This document shows, piece by piece, positions 45,924 through 54,828 of a stretch of DNA of 61,742 nt; within the stretch, counting starts at the first letter, position 1, and each line of letters begins with the position of its first letter. The DNA comes from a virus (taxonomy: Duplodnaviria; Caudoviricetes). The stretch lies in the IMG/VR virus record IMGVR_UViG_3300042503_000814, positions 1 to 61,742 of that record; one strand, written 5' to 3'. A program made the translations under genes and the position numbers. Under the pieces are notes generated by a model. It saw only the letters and a list, made by a program, of their open reading frames with translations, was not told where the DNA came from and did not search any database.

Positions 45924-45990
45924 TAAAATCGATTCGATTCGATTTTATTAACCGCTGCCAACGTCTAGTATCGTCGCGGCACTTGCCGCG
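45924..45990 (+). promoter_or_regulatory. Hairpin-box-hairpin unit 2
   Basis: TAAAATCGA/TCGATTTTA stem + TTAACCGCTGCCAacGTCTAG + TCGCGGC/GCCGCG. Confidence 0.55.
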
Positions 45991-46002
45991 TTTCACCCGT
46001 CA

Positions 46003-46227
46003 CCCGCGTGTTAGCTACTGCGCATGCGGGCAGCAAAACCATCAGATACGCGGACGACTCCGCATGCTGTCCTATGGGCAGCTACCGTGCTTTGCGCGGT
46101 GCCTATTGCAGGCGGATTCGGACAACGCTGGGAGAAGGCATACGAAGCCCGGAGCCGTTTGACTCCCGCCACCAGAAGACCGGCAATAGCTAGTACACCA
46201 GCCGGGTCCGCGTATCTGATTGTTTTG
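46003..46227 (+). ncRNA. Candidate structured RNA closed by a 22-bp stem
   Basis: 46034-46055 pairs with 46206-46227 (1 mismatch); internal hairpins. Confidence 0.5.
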
Positions 46228-46249
46228 TTTCCTTCAATGGAGTTAATCC

Positions 46250-46600
46250 ATGTCAAAGGCCCAGGCTGGTGCTACGGCCATCATGGAGGCTCTGAGGATT
46301 CCTTTGGACAAGTTAAGGCAGGCGGGCAATGTTGCCGTGCCAGCTGATGACTTGTGCGAACGGGCCATCCTTGGGTGTCTCAATTCCCGTGATGGCAGTT
46401 GGCGTAAGACTCGCCCGTCGAATGAGGAATCCGAAACGCTTTGGGCGTTGGTGAAGTTTCACCGTTCGGGTGGTTCCTTGTACGGGTGGCCGTGGTTTGC
46501 ACCCAAGGATCTGATCGACCCGCTGGATACCCTCGCGGTAGTCCTGCTGGGTGGTCATTCCAATGCGGCAAACGCATGGCAACGTGCGATGCACGGTTAA
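46250..46600 (+). CDS. Early hypothetical protein
   Basis: GGAG SD. Confidence 0.75.
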   Translation: MSKAQAGATAIMEALRIPLDKLRQAGNVAVPADDLCERAILGCLNSRDGSWRKTRPSNEESETLWALVKFHRSGGSLYGWPWFAPKDLIDPLDTLAVVLLGGHSNAANAWQRAMHG

Positions 46601-46726
46601 CGGGATTCGATCCCGGGCAGGTGGTGGTGAGGGTGCGATATGACTGCACCCAATAAGGCCAAACAAGCTGCCTGCCCGGGTTCGGTTGCCGCTTCCGGTA
46701 ATCGGTTTCTTTCCATGGAGGTGCGT

Positions 46727-47554
46727 ATGGCAATTCGCCGTATACGTGCCGCCAAGCCTCTGGGTGTCATTCTGCACCGGGGCGTGTCTCCTTATGACGG
46801 TTCTCCGTACGTGGTGATCATGCCACTGCGGAATTCCAAGAATAAGAAGACCGGCTCAATGCTTCAGACCTATATTCTTAGGGCTGATATGCATCCAGTG
46901 GTGGCGGTACGCGAAGAACAAGATGGGGCCATCTGTTTCAACTGCCCCATGCGTGGTCTGGTCGGCTTTCCTAAGCGGACACCGGCCAACGCAAAGCGTA
47001 ATCCAAAGCGTTGGCGTGCGTGTTATGTCAACGTCGGGCAGGGGCCAGCAATGGTCTACGGTGCCTACATGCGTGGTCGGTACGTTGAATACGATCCGAT
47101 CATGCATGATCAGTACATCCGTGATCGCAAGATCCGGTTCGGTACATACGGGGAGCCGGTGCTGATACCGCTTGCCCTGGTGCAGCATCTGGCCGGTCTT
47201 TCAGACGGCTGGACGGGCTACACCCATGCGTGGAGCAACCTGACCTACGCTCCATACAAGCAGTTCTTCATGGCCAGTGTCCATGGTCTTACGGGGCCAT
47301 GGTCACGGGAACATGCGAAGTCTCTTGGCTGGCGTACCTTCCGCACTATGCGGGGAGGTGAGCCTGCTGCTGATGAAGTCTTGTGCCCAGCGTCTTTGGA
47401 GGCTGGCCATCGTCTTAGCTGCCTGACTTGCAGGCTGTGCGACGGTGCCGGTGTCCGCAAGATCGGCTTGGCTATGCGTGATGTGTACATCCCCGGGCAT
47501 GGTGGCAAGGCGATTATGACCGCTGTCGCCAACCTGCCCATTCTCCAAGCGTAA
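46727..47554 (+). CDS. GP88-like Cys-rich (possibly Fe-S) protein
   Basis: N.KTG.M.QTYIL, C..CP, CYV, R.G.YG.P, GYTH.W, CPAS..C..C.LC. Confidence 0.65.
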   Translation: MAIRRIRAAKPLGVILHRGVSPYDGSPYVVIMPLRNSKNKKTGSMLQTYILRADMHPVVAVREEQDGAICFNCPMRGLVGFPKRTPANAKRNPKRWRACYVNVGQGPAMVYGAYMRGRYVEYDPIMHDQYIRDRKIRFGTYGEPVLIPLALVQHLAGLSDGWTGYTHAWSNLTYAPYKQFFMASVHGLTGPWSREHAKSLGWRTFRTMRGGEPAADEVLCPASLEAGHRLSCLTCRLCDGAGVRKIGLAMRDVYIPGHGGKAIMTAVANLPILQA

Positions 47555-47563
47555 AGGCGCAGC

Positions 47564-47755
47564 ATGGAAACGATGAATGCGGAGACGATTGGACGCAAGG
47601 CCACAGTGGTCGGCCCAAACCGGCGATCGTTGTCGGACAAGAAACTGCTGTCCGAAATCAAACGGCTGAAGCGTGACTGCGCCAGTTTTGGCGGGGCCAT
47701 GCTGCTGGCCGCTTACCAAGCCGATGCCGAGCGGCGTGGCTTAAAGGAGGTATGA
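47564..47755 (+). CDS. Early hypothetical protein
   Basis: Coupled to next gene. Confidence 0.6.
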   Translation: METMNAETIGRKATVVGPNRRSLSDKKLLSEIKRLKRDCASFGGAMLLAAYQADAERRGLKEV

Positions 47756-47985
47756 GCGTGGAATACACACTGACAGACGCCAGGTTGCGGTCGCTGAAGG
47801 CAGCTGTGACCCGTGCCCAGAACAAGCAGGATTGGCGGGCCGTGATCGCGGCATGCGAGAAGGCAGACCGGACGTTCCGAGAGCAAGGATACCCGGACTG
47901 CTGGTCAGACTTTGAGCGACACAAGGGTGACGCAGAGTTGTCCCTGAAGTTCAACTACCTGCTCATAGATAAGGGGTGCTGGTGA
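47752..47985 (+). CDS. Early hypothetical protein
   Basis: AAGGAGG SD; GYPD.W..FER. Confidence 0.7.
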   Translation: MSVEYTLTDARLRSLKAAVTRAQNKQDWRAVIAACEKADRTFREQGYPDCWSDFERHKGDAELSLKFNYLLIDKGCW

Positions 47986-47986
47986 C

Positions 47987-48196
47987 ATGGGCAAACCAGC
48001 CAGATGGACGGCACCCAACGGCAACGTGTGGGAATTCGTACGCACAGAGAAGACCATTGGCGCGGAAGGGTTTACGCCGGGGCATCAAAGGACAATGTGG
48101 TATCTGGATCGCATCCACAAAGTGACGCGGCCAGACGGCACGGTGTACTACGACTACGAGATGATCGATTGTGGGCAACATCACGGAGACAAGTGA
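47987..48196 (+). CDS. Early hypothetical protein
   Basis: Operon spacing. Confidence 0.65.
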   Translation: MGKPARWTAPNGNVWEFVRTEKTIGAEGFTPGHQRTMWYLDRIHKVTRPDGTVYYDYEMIDCGQHHGDK

Positions 48197-48198
48197 CC

Positions 48199-48375
48199 AT
48201 GTTTATTAAGTATGTGGCCGAGGTGAGGTTTGATGAACTGGGGTGGGTGACTATCCCAGAAGAGTTCGCAACCCGCGAGCAGGCGGATACGCGGGCCTTT
48301 GGCATGGCGTTGACGATGGGCGGGAAGGAAACCCGCGTGATCGAAGTGCCAGACGGCGAGAAGGTGGAGGCGTGA
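48199..48375 (+). CDS. Early hypothetical protein
   Basis: GGAG SD; MFIKYVAEV. Confidence 0.65.
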   Translation: MFIKYVAEVRFDELGWVTIPEEFATREQADTRAFGMALTMGGKETRVIEVPDGEKVEA

Positions 48376-48377
48376 CC

Positions 48378-48506
48378 ATGGAATGTGATCAGTGTGGGTG
48401 CGGCGAGCAGGCGTGGAGCGGTGTCTTAGGTGACCTGTTCCATGCCTGCTGCCGTGCGTGTGGTTGGGTATACTCTTGTCCACTAGAGGAGGTGAGTGAT
48501 GAGTGA
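48378..48506 (+). CDS. Small Zn-ribbon protein
   Basis: CDQC...CRACG; GGAGG SD. Confidence 0.65.
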   Translation: MECDQCGCGEQAWSGVLGDLFHACCRACGWVYSCPLEEVSDE

Positions 48507-48711
48507 TGTGCGACTGCCGCTCAATGTGCGGCTCAGTGATCTGAGGACTTTGTTGACATGGAAGGATGGCGATTGCGATCCCGAGATGTATGTGCGGATC
48601 GAATCGGGCCGAGCGTTTCTGTATGCCGTGAAGCGTATGCATGGGCAGAACGGTATCGGCAAGATGGTGTGGAGCCGTGAGATTCCGGTGCTACCGGGGG
48701 AGGATGACTGA
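48499..48711 (+). CDS. Early hypothetical protein
   Basis: GGAGGTGAGTGATG junction. Confidence 0.7.
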   Translation: MSDVRLPLNVRLSDLRTLLTWKDGDCDPEMYVRIESGRAFLYAVKRMHGQNGIGKMVWSREIPVLPGEDD

Positions 48712-48720
48712 TGGCTAAGA
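48691..48720 (+). repeat. 30-bp gene-junction repeat, copy 1
   Basis: 29/30 identical to 52774-52803. Confidence 0.85.
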
Positions 48721-48908
48721 CTGTTGCGGTCCACCTGACCGCTGACGAGATCGATGGTTTGTTCGATGCGTTGGATGACCAAGTTCGCCACTGGGAGAAC
48801 TGCGGTGGCAACGATGAGGAGAACGCACGTTATGCCCGCATCATCGCTGGCCTGACTGCGACCGCTCGCAAGTTGGAGAACGCCCGTGACCAGATGGAGG
48901 ACGAGTGA
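48711..48908 (+). CDS. Early hypothetical protein
   Basis: TGATG coupling. Confidence 0.7.
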   Translation: MAKTVAVHLTADEIDGLFDALDDQVRHWENCGGNDEENARYARIIAGLTATARKLENARDQMEDE

Positions 48909-49150
48909 TGCCACGCATTGCCGTGTGTCTGAACTATGAGGACAGGGATAACCCTCGCTTCTCAGGCGAGAACGATTACCCGGACTACTGCCGACAGTGC
49001 TACGCGGAAGCAGACGAGGCAGAGATTGCCGCTGAGTACGGCGTATCCGTGGATGCGGTGGACAAGATCGGTGACGAACACCCGGGGTATGAGGGTGAGG
49101 ACTACACCTGCACCGAGTGTGGCAAGACCCTGACAAGGAGGGATGACTGA
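48908..49150 (+). CDS. Acidic Zn-binding protein
   Basis: CRQC, HP.Y..Y.C..CG. Confidence 0.7.
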   Translation: MPRIAVCLNYEDRDNPRFSGENDYPDYCRQCYAEADEAEIAAEYGVSVDAVDKIGDEHPGYEGEDYTCTECGKTLTRRDD

Positions 49151-49425
49151 TGCACCAGATAGCACCAGTGCCCAACCACAATGGCTCACCAGCCGATGCG
49201 CTGGCCGAGCAGATGATGGAGGTGTGCCATGCCTTGGAGGCAGCGGTAGGTGCCATGTGCCAGTGGCAACCGCATGGCAGGGACTACCAGATTGGTGGTG
49301 ACTACCAGGCTGACAGGATTGAGTTCCTGAGACGGGTTGGTTTGTTGGAGGCAATGGCCAAGCAGTACGAACAGGAAGCGATTGCTGTGATGGAATACTA
49401 CAACTGGAAAGAGAGGGTCGGATGA
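49150..49425 (+). CDS. Early hypothetical protein
   Basis: P....NG.., PHGRDY motif. Confidence 0.75.
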   Translation: MHQIAPVPNHNGSPADALAEQMMEVCHALEAAVGAMCQWQPHGRDYQIGGDYQADRIEFLRRVGLLEAMAKQYEQEAIAVMEYYNWKERVG

Positions 49426-49670
49426 GCAGATACCATGTGAAGGTGGGTGATGCGACGTTCGCCTACGGGTATGACCGTCCGTTGCAGGAATACTTCTTGC
49501 AGAAGCACACGCCGGGGGAGGGTGACTACCCAGACGTTGAGGATTTGGTGGGCAGCTTCACCGGCAAGGGCTACGGCACTGCCGGTGAACTGTTGGAAGC
49601 GGTGGCTAAGCATGGCCTGCCGTTGCCGGAAGCGCATATGACTCTGATCAGTTTGGATCTACCCTTCTAA
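49422..49670 (+). CDS. Early hypothetical protein
   Basis: YGYDRPLQEYFLQ. Confidence 0.75.
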   Translation: MSRYHVKVGDATFAYGYDRPLQEYFLQKHTPGEGDYPDVEDLVGSFTGKGYGTAGELLEAVAKHGLPLPEAHMTLISLDLPF

Positions 49671-49680
49671 GGAGACAGCT

Positions 49681-50124
49681 ATGAACCGTGAAGATTGCAA
49701 GGTCGGTATGACGGTGTCGTTCGGGCGTGGGCGTGGTGCCCATACCAAGGGCAGGGTGCTGAAGGTCAACGAGAAGAAGGCCAAGGTGGAAACGCTGGAG
49801 CAACGCAACAGCAATGCCGCTGGCACCATCTGGAACGTGCCCTACTCCATGCTGACAGCGTGCGAGTTCGTCGCCCCGCAGGCACAGCCCTATCCCAATG
49901 GGCTGACGATCACCGGGGTGCGGTATCTTACAGGCAACGAGTGCCTCAATGAGGGGTGGGACATCGGGCTGTACGACTTCGCGGTCGCACTCACCCTGTC
50001 CGATGGCTCCATGATCTTTGCGTCTGCGGACTATGAGGGTAACGGGCCTGGTGCCCTGTTCGGTCGGATGCGTACCGGCGAGCAGTTCATCCTGTCCCCA
50101 GCACAGAAGGAGGTGGCGGTATGA
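49681..50124 (+). CDS. Two-domain early protein (SH3-like plus EGNGPGALF domain)
   Basis: TAAGGAG SD. Confidence 0.75.
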   Translation: MNREDCKVGMTVSFGRGRGAHTKGRVLKVNEKKAKVETLEQRNSNAAGTIWNVPYSMLTACEFVAPQAQPYPNGLTITGVRYLTGNECLNEGWDIGLYDFAVALTLSDGSMIFASADYEGNGPGALFGRMRTGEQFILSPAQKEVAV

Positions 50125-50384
50125 ATCGCAAGCGCAAGTGGGCCAAGTGCGACGAGTGCGGCGGCGAGGTGTGGTTCGATGCGTGGGTTGACCTCAATGG
50201 AGAGGTGGCTGGCGGTCCATACCAGAACACGTTTTGCGAAACCTGCGAGGGCGAAGCCACCTATACCGAGGTTGAGGGCGAGCCTGTCACCTGCGAAGAC
50301 GACGGGGATGACGAGCTAGACAACTTGGACGACGATGACGATGAAGACCTAGACGACTGGGAGGTAGACGATGACTGTGAGTGA
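50121..50384 (+). CDS. Zn-ribbon protein with extremely acidic tail
   Basis: CDECG...CETC; poly-D/E. Confidence 0.75.
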   Translation: MNRKRKWAKCDECGGEVWFDAWVDLNGEVAGGPYQNTFCETCEGEATYTEVEGEPVTCEDDGDDELDNLDDDDDEDLDDWEVDDDCE

Positions 50385-50568
50385 TCGACTGAAGTGCGAC
50401 GATCTTTTGCGACGGGCGTTGGACTTAATGAACGATGCCATGTGGTCGCATATCTACGACGCGCAGAATGGCGAACGGCCCGAGCCGAATTGCCAGTTCT
50501 CTGCGTGGATCGCGGATTGCGAATCGTTTCTTACGGAGGAAAGCCATGAAGGTACTGGTAGCGTGTGA
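50371..50568 (+). CDS. Early hypothetical protein
   Basis: GGAGG SD. Confidence 0.6.
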   Translation: MTVSDRLKCDDLLRRALDLMNDAMWSHIYDAQNGERPEPNCQFSAWIADCESFLTEESHEGTGSV

Positions 50569-51121
50569 GTTCACCGGCACGGTGCGCCGTGCGTTCCGTG
50601 AGCTAGGGCATGAGGCATGGAGTTGCGATCTCCTGCCTGCCGAGGATGGCGGGCCGCACATACAGGGTGATGTTCGCCAGGTTTTGGGTGACGGGTGGGA
50701 TCTGATGGTTGCCCACCCACCATGCACCCACCTTGCGGTCAGTGGTGCCCGCCATTTCCATCGCAAGCAGGTCGAACAGGCCGAGGCTTTGGAGTTTGTG
50801 CGGACGCTGATGGATGCACCCATCCCACGCATAGCACTGGAGAACCCAGTGTCTGTGATCAGCAGTCGGATTCGTAGGCCGGACCAGATCATCCAGCCAT
50901 ACCAGTTCGGCCATCCCGAATCCAAGAAGACATGCCTCTGGTTGAAGGGACTCAACCCCCTGCAACCAACGGCTGTGATGCAGATGCGTGGACGGTGGGA
51001 GAACCAGACTCCCAGTGGACAGAACAAGTTAGGGCCATCGCCGGATCGGTGGAAGATCCGCAGCAAGACCTACCCCGGTATTGCACATGCGATGGCTACA
51101 CAGTGGGGCGTGGAGGAATGA
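50546..51121 (+). CDS. Minimal DNA (cytosine-5) methyltransferase
   Basis: VLVACEFTG, HPPC, ENP. Confidence 0.85.
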   Translation: MKVLVACEFTGTVRRAFRELGHEAWSCDLLPAEDGGPHIQGDVRQVLGDGWDLMVAHPPCTHLAVSGARHFHRKQVEQAEALEFVRTLMDAPIPRIALENPVSVISSRIRRPDQIIQPYQFGHPESKKTCLWLKGLNPLQPTAVMQMRGRWENQTPSGQNKLGPSPDRWKIRSKTYPGIAHAMATQWGVEE

Positions 51122-51474
51122 TGGCACATACACCAGGGCGGTGGGAGTTGGTGTGGTTTCGCGGCAAAGGCAGCGTAGCCCGTATTCGGCTGAACGGATC
51201 GACGGTCTACCAAGTGAGCGATGTGACTGACCCGGAGTTCCCATCCGGCACGCCCCGCTACAACTTGGATGACCTGCGATTGATGTCAGCTGCACCTGAG
51301 TTGCTGGCTGCGCTGAAGGCTATCGAAGACGATCTGTTGATGCTGGATGGCGGTGACTTTGGGCACAGCGTGAAGGGGTGGAGGGACATGGATGCCACTT
51401 CAGTGGACAGTCTTGTCTCCTCATCCTTCCGACTGGCTTCAGACGCTATTGCCAAGGCAGAAGGGAGTGCGTGA
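51121..51474 (+). CDS. Early protein (HTPG.W...AAPELLAALK family)
   Basis: Motif and coupling. Confidence 0.75.
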   Translation: MAHTPGRWELVWFRGKGSVARIRLNGSTVYQVSDVTDPEFPSGTPRYNLDDLRLMSAAPELLAALKAIEDDLLMLDGGDFGHSVKGWRDMDATSVDSLVSSSFRLASDAIAKAEGSA

Positions 51475-51671
51475 TGAGCCGGTTCATTGTGGAGTTCGAC
51501 CGCATCGACTGGAAGGAACTAAGCACGCAGAAGGAGCAGCTGTTCCTGCATGGTGGCGAGGACTGGGCCGAGGGATTGATCAACTTAATTGACTACATCC
51601 AAGACTCTGCGTCGGAGCAGGGTCAACCAGTGGTGTGGCTAGATGAGGGAGACACGGATGTCTATGATTGA
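51474..51671 (+). CDS. Early hypothetical protein
   Basis: IDW.EL..QK..L...G.INLID.IQD. Confidence 0.7.
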   Translation: MSRFIVEFDRIDWKELSTQKEQLFLHGGEDWAEGLINLIDYIQDSASEQGQPVVWLDEGDTDVYD

Positions 51672-51813
51672 CGCTTGGAAAGACGAGCAGATTGAGACTG
51701 CCATTCGCCTGTTGGTCTGCGCTGAGCGGTTGTTGGAACCGTTCCGTGACCAGGAGGGGGACTGGGGTAGGGTGTACGAGCAGATCAATAAGTTTCTGAA
51801 GGAGGAGTGCTGA
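51664..51813 (+). CDS. 49-aa early protein
   Basis: Not in track; fills gap, TGATG coupling. Confidence 0.6.
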   Translation: MIDAWKDEQIETAIRLLVCAERLLEPFRDQEGDWGRVYEQINKFLKEEC

Positions 51814-52127
51814 TGAACACGCTGTCTGAGAAGATGGTGTACGACACGCCGATTGAGATGCTACGTCATATGGTTGGGTCGTTTGACCGCTGCAACGAAT
51901 CCTTTATGGATGACAAGACGATCCCGCAGTTGCTGACTATCTACAACTGCTGGATGCGGTGCGGCTGGGACTTCTACCCTGACGAATGGACGACCAAGCA
52001 GGTGAAGGAAGCGATGGAGGGCATCGCCCCTGACTGGGATGAGAATGAGCGTCCCGTGTACCACAAGGATCGCAGCGAGACGCGGTTCGTTGGGGCGTTT
52101 GAGATTGTCTGGAAAGGAGAACGCTGA
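51813..52127 (+). CDS. Early hypothetical protein
   Basis: GGAGG SD. Confidence 0.7.
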   Translation: MNTLSEKMVYDTPIEMLRHMVGSFDRCNESFMDDKTIPQLLTIYNCWMRCGWDFYPDEWTTKQVKEAMEGIAPDWDENERPVYHKDRSETRFVGAFEIVWKGER

Positions 52128-52393
52128 TGGTTGCAGTGATCGGCTATCCGGGTGAGCAGAAGCATGTGTGGATGCGCTTCACCCGCAAGGACAATGCGTT
52201 GCGTTGGCTCACGGCGACAGGCACACAACTGCATGCCCTGCATCCGGCGTGGCCTGCCGCCTTGTACAGCCAGCGGATTGTGACAGAGAAGGAGGCGGCG
52301 CGGTGCCGGTATCGGGACGGTCGGCTGGTGTATCCGCGCAGCGTGAACAACGGCGACAACTGGTGGACTATACCCGGATGGGGAGGTGAGTGA
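52127..52393 (+). CDS. Early hypothetical protein
   Basis: TGATG coupling. Confidence 0.7.
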   Translation: MVAVIGYPGEQKHVWMRFTRKDNALRWLTATGTQLHALHPAWPAALYSQRIVTEKEAARCRYRDGRLVYPRSVNNGDNWWTIPGWGGE

Positions 52394-52656
52394 TGGCTAG
52401 GAAGAAAGTTACGTATCGCAAGATCCATATGAGCGGGCCAGGCTTCGCAGCTGACCGCTTGCAGGATGGCCCCGAGATCGACGGCATCCCGGGGCGGGTG
52501 GGCGATCTGGTTTTTATGTTCTACACATCTGTCCCGTTCTGGATTTGCGAGTGGCAACCAGACAACGGGCCAGTGTTCGATGTTGTCAACGCGCTTGGGG
52601 AACACTCGCTTGTTGGGCCGGAAGACCTGACACGCAACAGCCGGAACAGGATTTAG
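52393..52656 (+). CDS. Early hypothetical protein
   Basis: GGAGGTGAGTGATG junction. Confidence 0.7.
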   Translation: MARKKVTYRKIHMSGPGFAADRLQDGPEIDGIPGRVGDLVFMFYTSVPFWICEWQPDNGPVFDVVNALGEHSLVGPEDLTRNSRNRI

Positions 52657-52680
52657 AACACAACCAATAGGAGGTGCGTG

Positions 52681-52794
52681 ATGCTGTGTGAGCGATGCCA
52701 GTGGGAGTTGATGGAGGAGGACGAGGATGAGGGCGTGTGTGGCCCGTGCCAGACAACGCTGGAAGTTCTGGAACTACTGGGGGAGGATGACTGA
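52681..52794 (+). CDS. 37-aa CxxC-CxxC peptide
   Basis: MLCERC...CGPC; GGAGGT SD. Confidence 0.6.
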   Translation: MLCERCQWELMEEDEDEGVCGPCQTTLEVLELLGEDD

Positions 52795-52803
52795 TGGCTA
52801 AGA
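52774..52803 (+). repeat. 30-bp gene-junction repeat, copy 2
   Basis: 29/30 identical to 48691-48720. Confidence 0.85.
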
Positions 52804-53066
52804 AGATTGAGTTGCGATACATCACAGATCCCGGTCACGGGTGGGCAGAGGTGTCCGACACCCTCGCCAGAGGGATTGGTCTGGGCACCGACTTCACCTA
52901 CCGGAACGGGATGCTGTACCTGGAGGAGGACTGCGAGATGGGCGACCTAGAACGCGCGCTCAAGAGCAAGGGTTACGCCCCGTCCTTTGTCGAATGCTAT
53001 GTGGATGACTTCGATGCGTGGCTGGATGGAGATGCGTGGCCCAATATTCCCAAGGGAGAAGAGTGA
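52794..53066 (+). CDS. Conserved phage protein (DPGHGW...YLEEDC)
   Basis: Motif. Confidence 0.75.
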   Translation: MAKKIELRYITDPGHGWAEVSDTLARGIGLGTDFTYRNGMLYLEEDCEMGDLERALKSKGYAPSFVECYVDDFDAWLDGDAWPNIPKGEE

Positions 53067-53455
53067 TGGCTAAGAAGAAAGCAACGACCAAGCACAAGCG
53101 GCAGGACGATGAGGCGGTGACGTTCCTGAGCTACGTGAAGAAGCAGGCACCCAACCTGTACGAACGGTACGCATCGCTTCAGCCCTTTGAGGATGTGATC
53201 AACGAGTGCTGGGTGAATACCGAAGATGGGTACGTTGGCATCGGGATTGAAACCGGCGCTGGCGTGTGGGCTAGTGGCGACAGGCCGATGCACTACGCGG
53301 AGATCCACTTCGATGAGGTGGTTCTTCAGTTCGACATTGAGTCTGGCGACGAGACGTTCCGCGAGAGCTACTCAACAGACATGGCTGGGCTGTGGTCTTT
53401 CCTGCGTCAGATCCCCAGGCCAATGCATTCCTTCGGTAAGTGGAGGCCCAACTGA
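53066..53455 (+). CDS. Early hypothetical protein
   Basis: TGATG coupling. Confidence 0.7.
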   Translation: MAKKKATTKHKRQDDEAVTFLSYVKKQAPNLYERYASLQPFEDVINECWVNTEDGYVGIGIETGAGVWASGDRPMHYAEIHFDEVVLQFDIESGDETFRESYSTDMAGLWSFLRQIPRPMHSFGKWRPN

Positions 53456-53736
53456 TGGCAGCGCCGAGGCGTAAGATTTCCAAGGAGGAACGCAAGGGGC
53501 GTGATGCTCTGATGCGTGTCAACAACTGGGTGCAAGTCCTGGTTGTGAAGCGTCTGTTCGATGAGGGCTGGACTACTGAGCAGGTGGTGCTGGCCTACGA
53601 CCCTATCCAGCGGGAGACGGGACGCCTCTGCATAGCGCATGCCATGCCGGACTGGCACTGGGTAGATGAGAAACAGGTAGCGGACGAGGTGTACGATGCG
53701 GTAACCAAGGGGGCTGGGAATGGACAAGCTAGTTGA
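53455..53736 (+). CDS. Early hypothetical protein
   Basis: TGATG coupling. Confidence 0.7.
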   Translation: MAAPRRKISKEERKGRDALMRVNNWVQVLVVKRLFDEGWTTEQVVLAYDPIQRETGRLCIAHAMPDWHWVDEKQVADEVYDAVTKGAGNGQAS

Positions 53737-53902
53737 GTTGCGGGATGGGCTGCAGGAATACTCCTGCACCTGCATCGCCACTGCGTATGCAGAGATGGGG
53801 CAGTACGGTGCTGAGTGGGGAGCGATCAAACATCTGTTCCGCGTACTGTGTGCGTGGGATGTTCTGGATCGGGAAGTAACTAGGCTAGCGGAGGAAGAGT
53901 GA
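53720..53902 (+). CDS. Early hypothetical protein
   Basis: Operon continuity. Confidence 0.6.
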   Translation: MDKLVELRDGLQEYSCTCIATAYAEMGQYGAEWGAIKHLFRVLCAWDVLDREVTRLAEEE

Positions 53903-54291
53903 TGAGCGACATTGATGTGATCCAAGCCCTGTTCGACACCAAGGTGATGAGCCTTGCGATGAACTGGCCGGTCGATGTGGCCCGCTTTGTCGGTGCCATT
54001 AAGGAACTGCGGGCACTGTGCCAAGATGACCTTGCTTCCCCGGAGGAGATCGCCAAGCAGTGGCGCATTGCTACCGGTGCGCTTGGCCTGGAGGGCATGG
54101 GTTCCCTGTTGCTAGAGCGTGGAGAGTGGCAGCGTCTTGTCTATGAGACTGCCGCAGACCGCAAGCCGTGGCGTGAGCATGACGATTACGTTGTGGTCTG
54201 GGACCAGCCGACCGGCTGTGTCGTTGCCACCGTGAAAGAGCATGGCGATACGGTTGATGGCGTGGAGTTCGATGTACGCAAGGAGGCGTGA
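53902..54291 (+). CDS. Early hypothetical protein
   Basis: GGAGG SD. Confidence 0.7.
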   Translation: MSDIDVIQALFDTKVMSLAMNWPVDVARFVGAIKELRALCQDDLASPEEIAKQWRIATGALGLEGMGSLLLERGEWQRLVYETAADRKPWREHDDYVVVWDQPTGCVVATVKEHGDTVDGVEFDVRKEA

Positions 54292-54299
54292 GGCTTGCA

Positions 54300-54407
54300 A
54301 TGTACAAGGATGTACTGAACGTGCTGCATGTTCTGGCGACCGCTATACTTATGTTGTTAGCGGGCCAGTTGAAGGAGATGTGTCTCAAGATACTGGGAGG
54401 TGAGTGA
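54300..54407 (+). CDS. 35-aa membrane peptide
   Basis: MYKDVLNVLHVLATAILMLLAGQLKEMCLKILGGE; coupled. Confidence 0.55.
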   Translation: MYKDVLNVLHVLATAILMLLAGQLKEMCLKILGGE

Positions 54408-54625
54408 TGGCTTGGCAACAGATGCCCGCCGATGCAGGGCAGATCGTTGATGTGCGGTACGACTGCGACTGGGAGACACGCACGCTGTACAAGCGTGTTG
54501 CCGACCGCAACGAGGGCAGTGTCGAACTGCTGCTTGGCAGGATCGTTGACGGTGAGGATAGGTACGAACCACAGAATGGCGTACTGCCCAAGGTGGAGCG
54601 GTGGATTTCAGAAGGAGGTGAGTGA
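54407..54625 (+). CDS. Early hypothetical protein
   Basis: GGAGGTGAGTGATG junction. Confidence 0.7.
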   Translation: MAWQQMPADAGQIVDVRYDCDWETRTLYKRVADRNEGSVELLLGRIVDGEDRYEPQNGVLPKVERWISEGGE

Positions 54626-54828
54626 TGGCCAAGATGCTGTGCGAGTGCAAGGCTGGTCAGTTCCAGGGCGAGCCTATCGATGAGCAGTTCGCTGTGTTCG
54701 ATGCGCTCGCTCGTCAGTGCGGGTATGCGTCTGGCATAGCTGCCGCCAATGAGTGTGTGTTGTGGGGGGATACGGTCGAACAGGCCGTTGCGTTTATGTC
54801 CAAGCAACTGGAGGTGAGCGATGGGTAG
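54625..54828 (+). CDS. Early hypothetical protein
   Basis: GGAGGTGAGTGATG junction. Confidence 0.7.
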   Translation: MAKMLCECKAGQFQGEPIDEQFAVFDALARQCGYASGIAAANECVLWGDTVEQAVAFMSKQLEVSDG

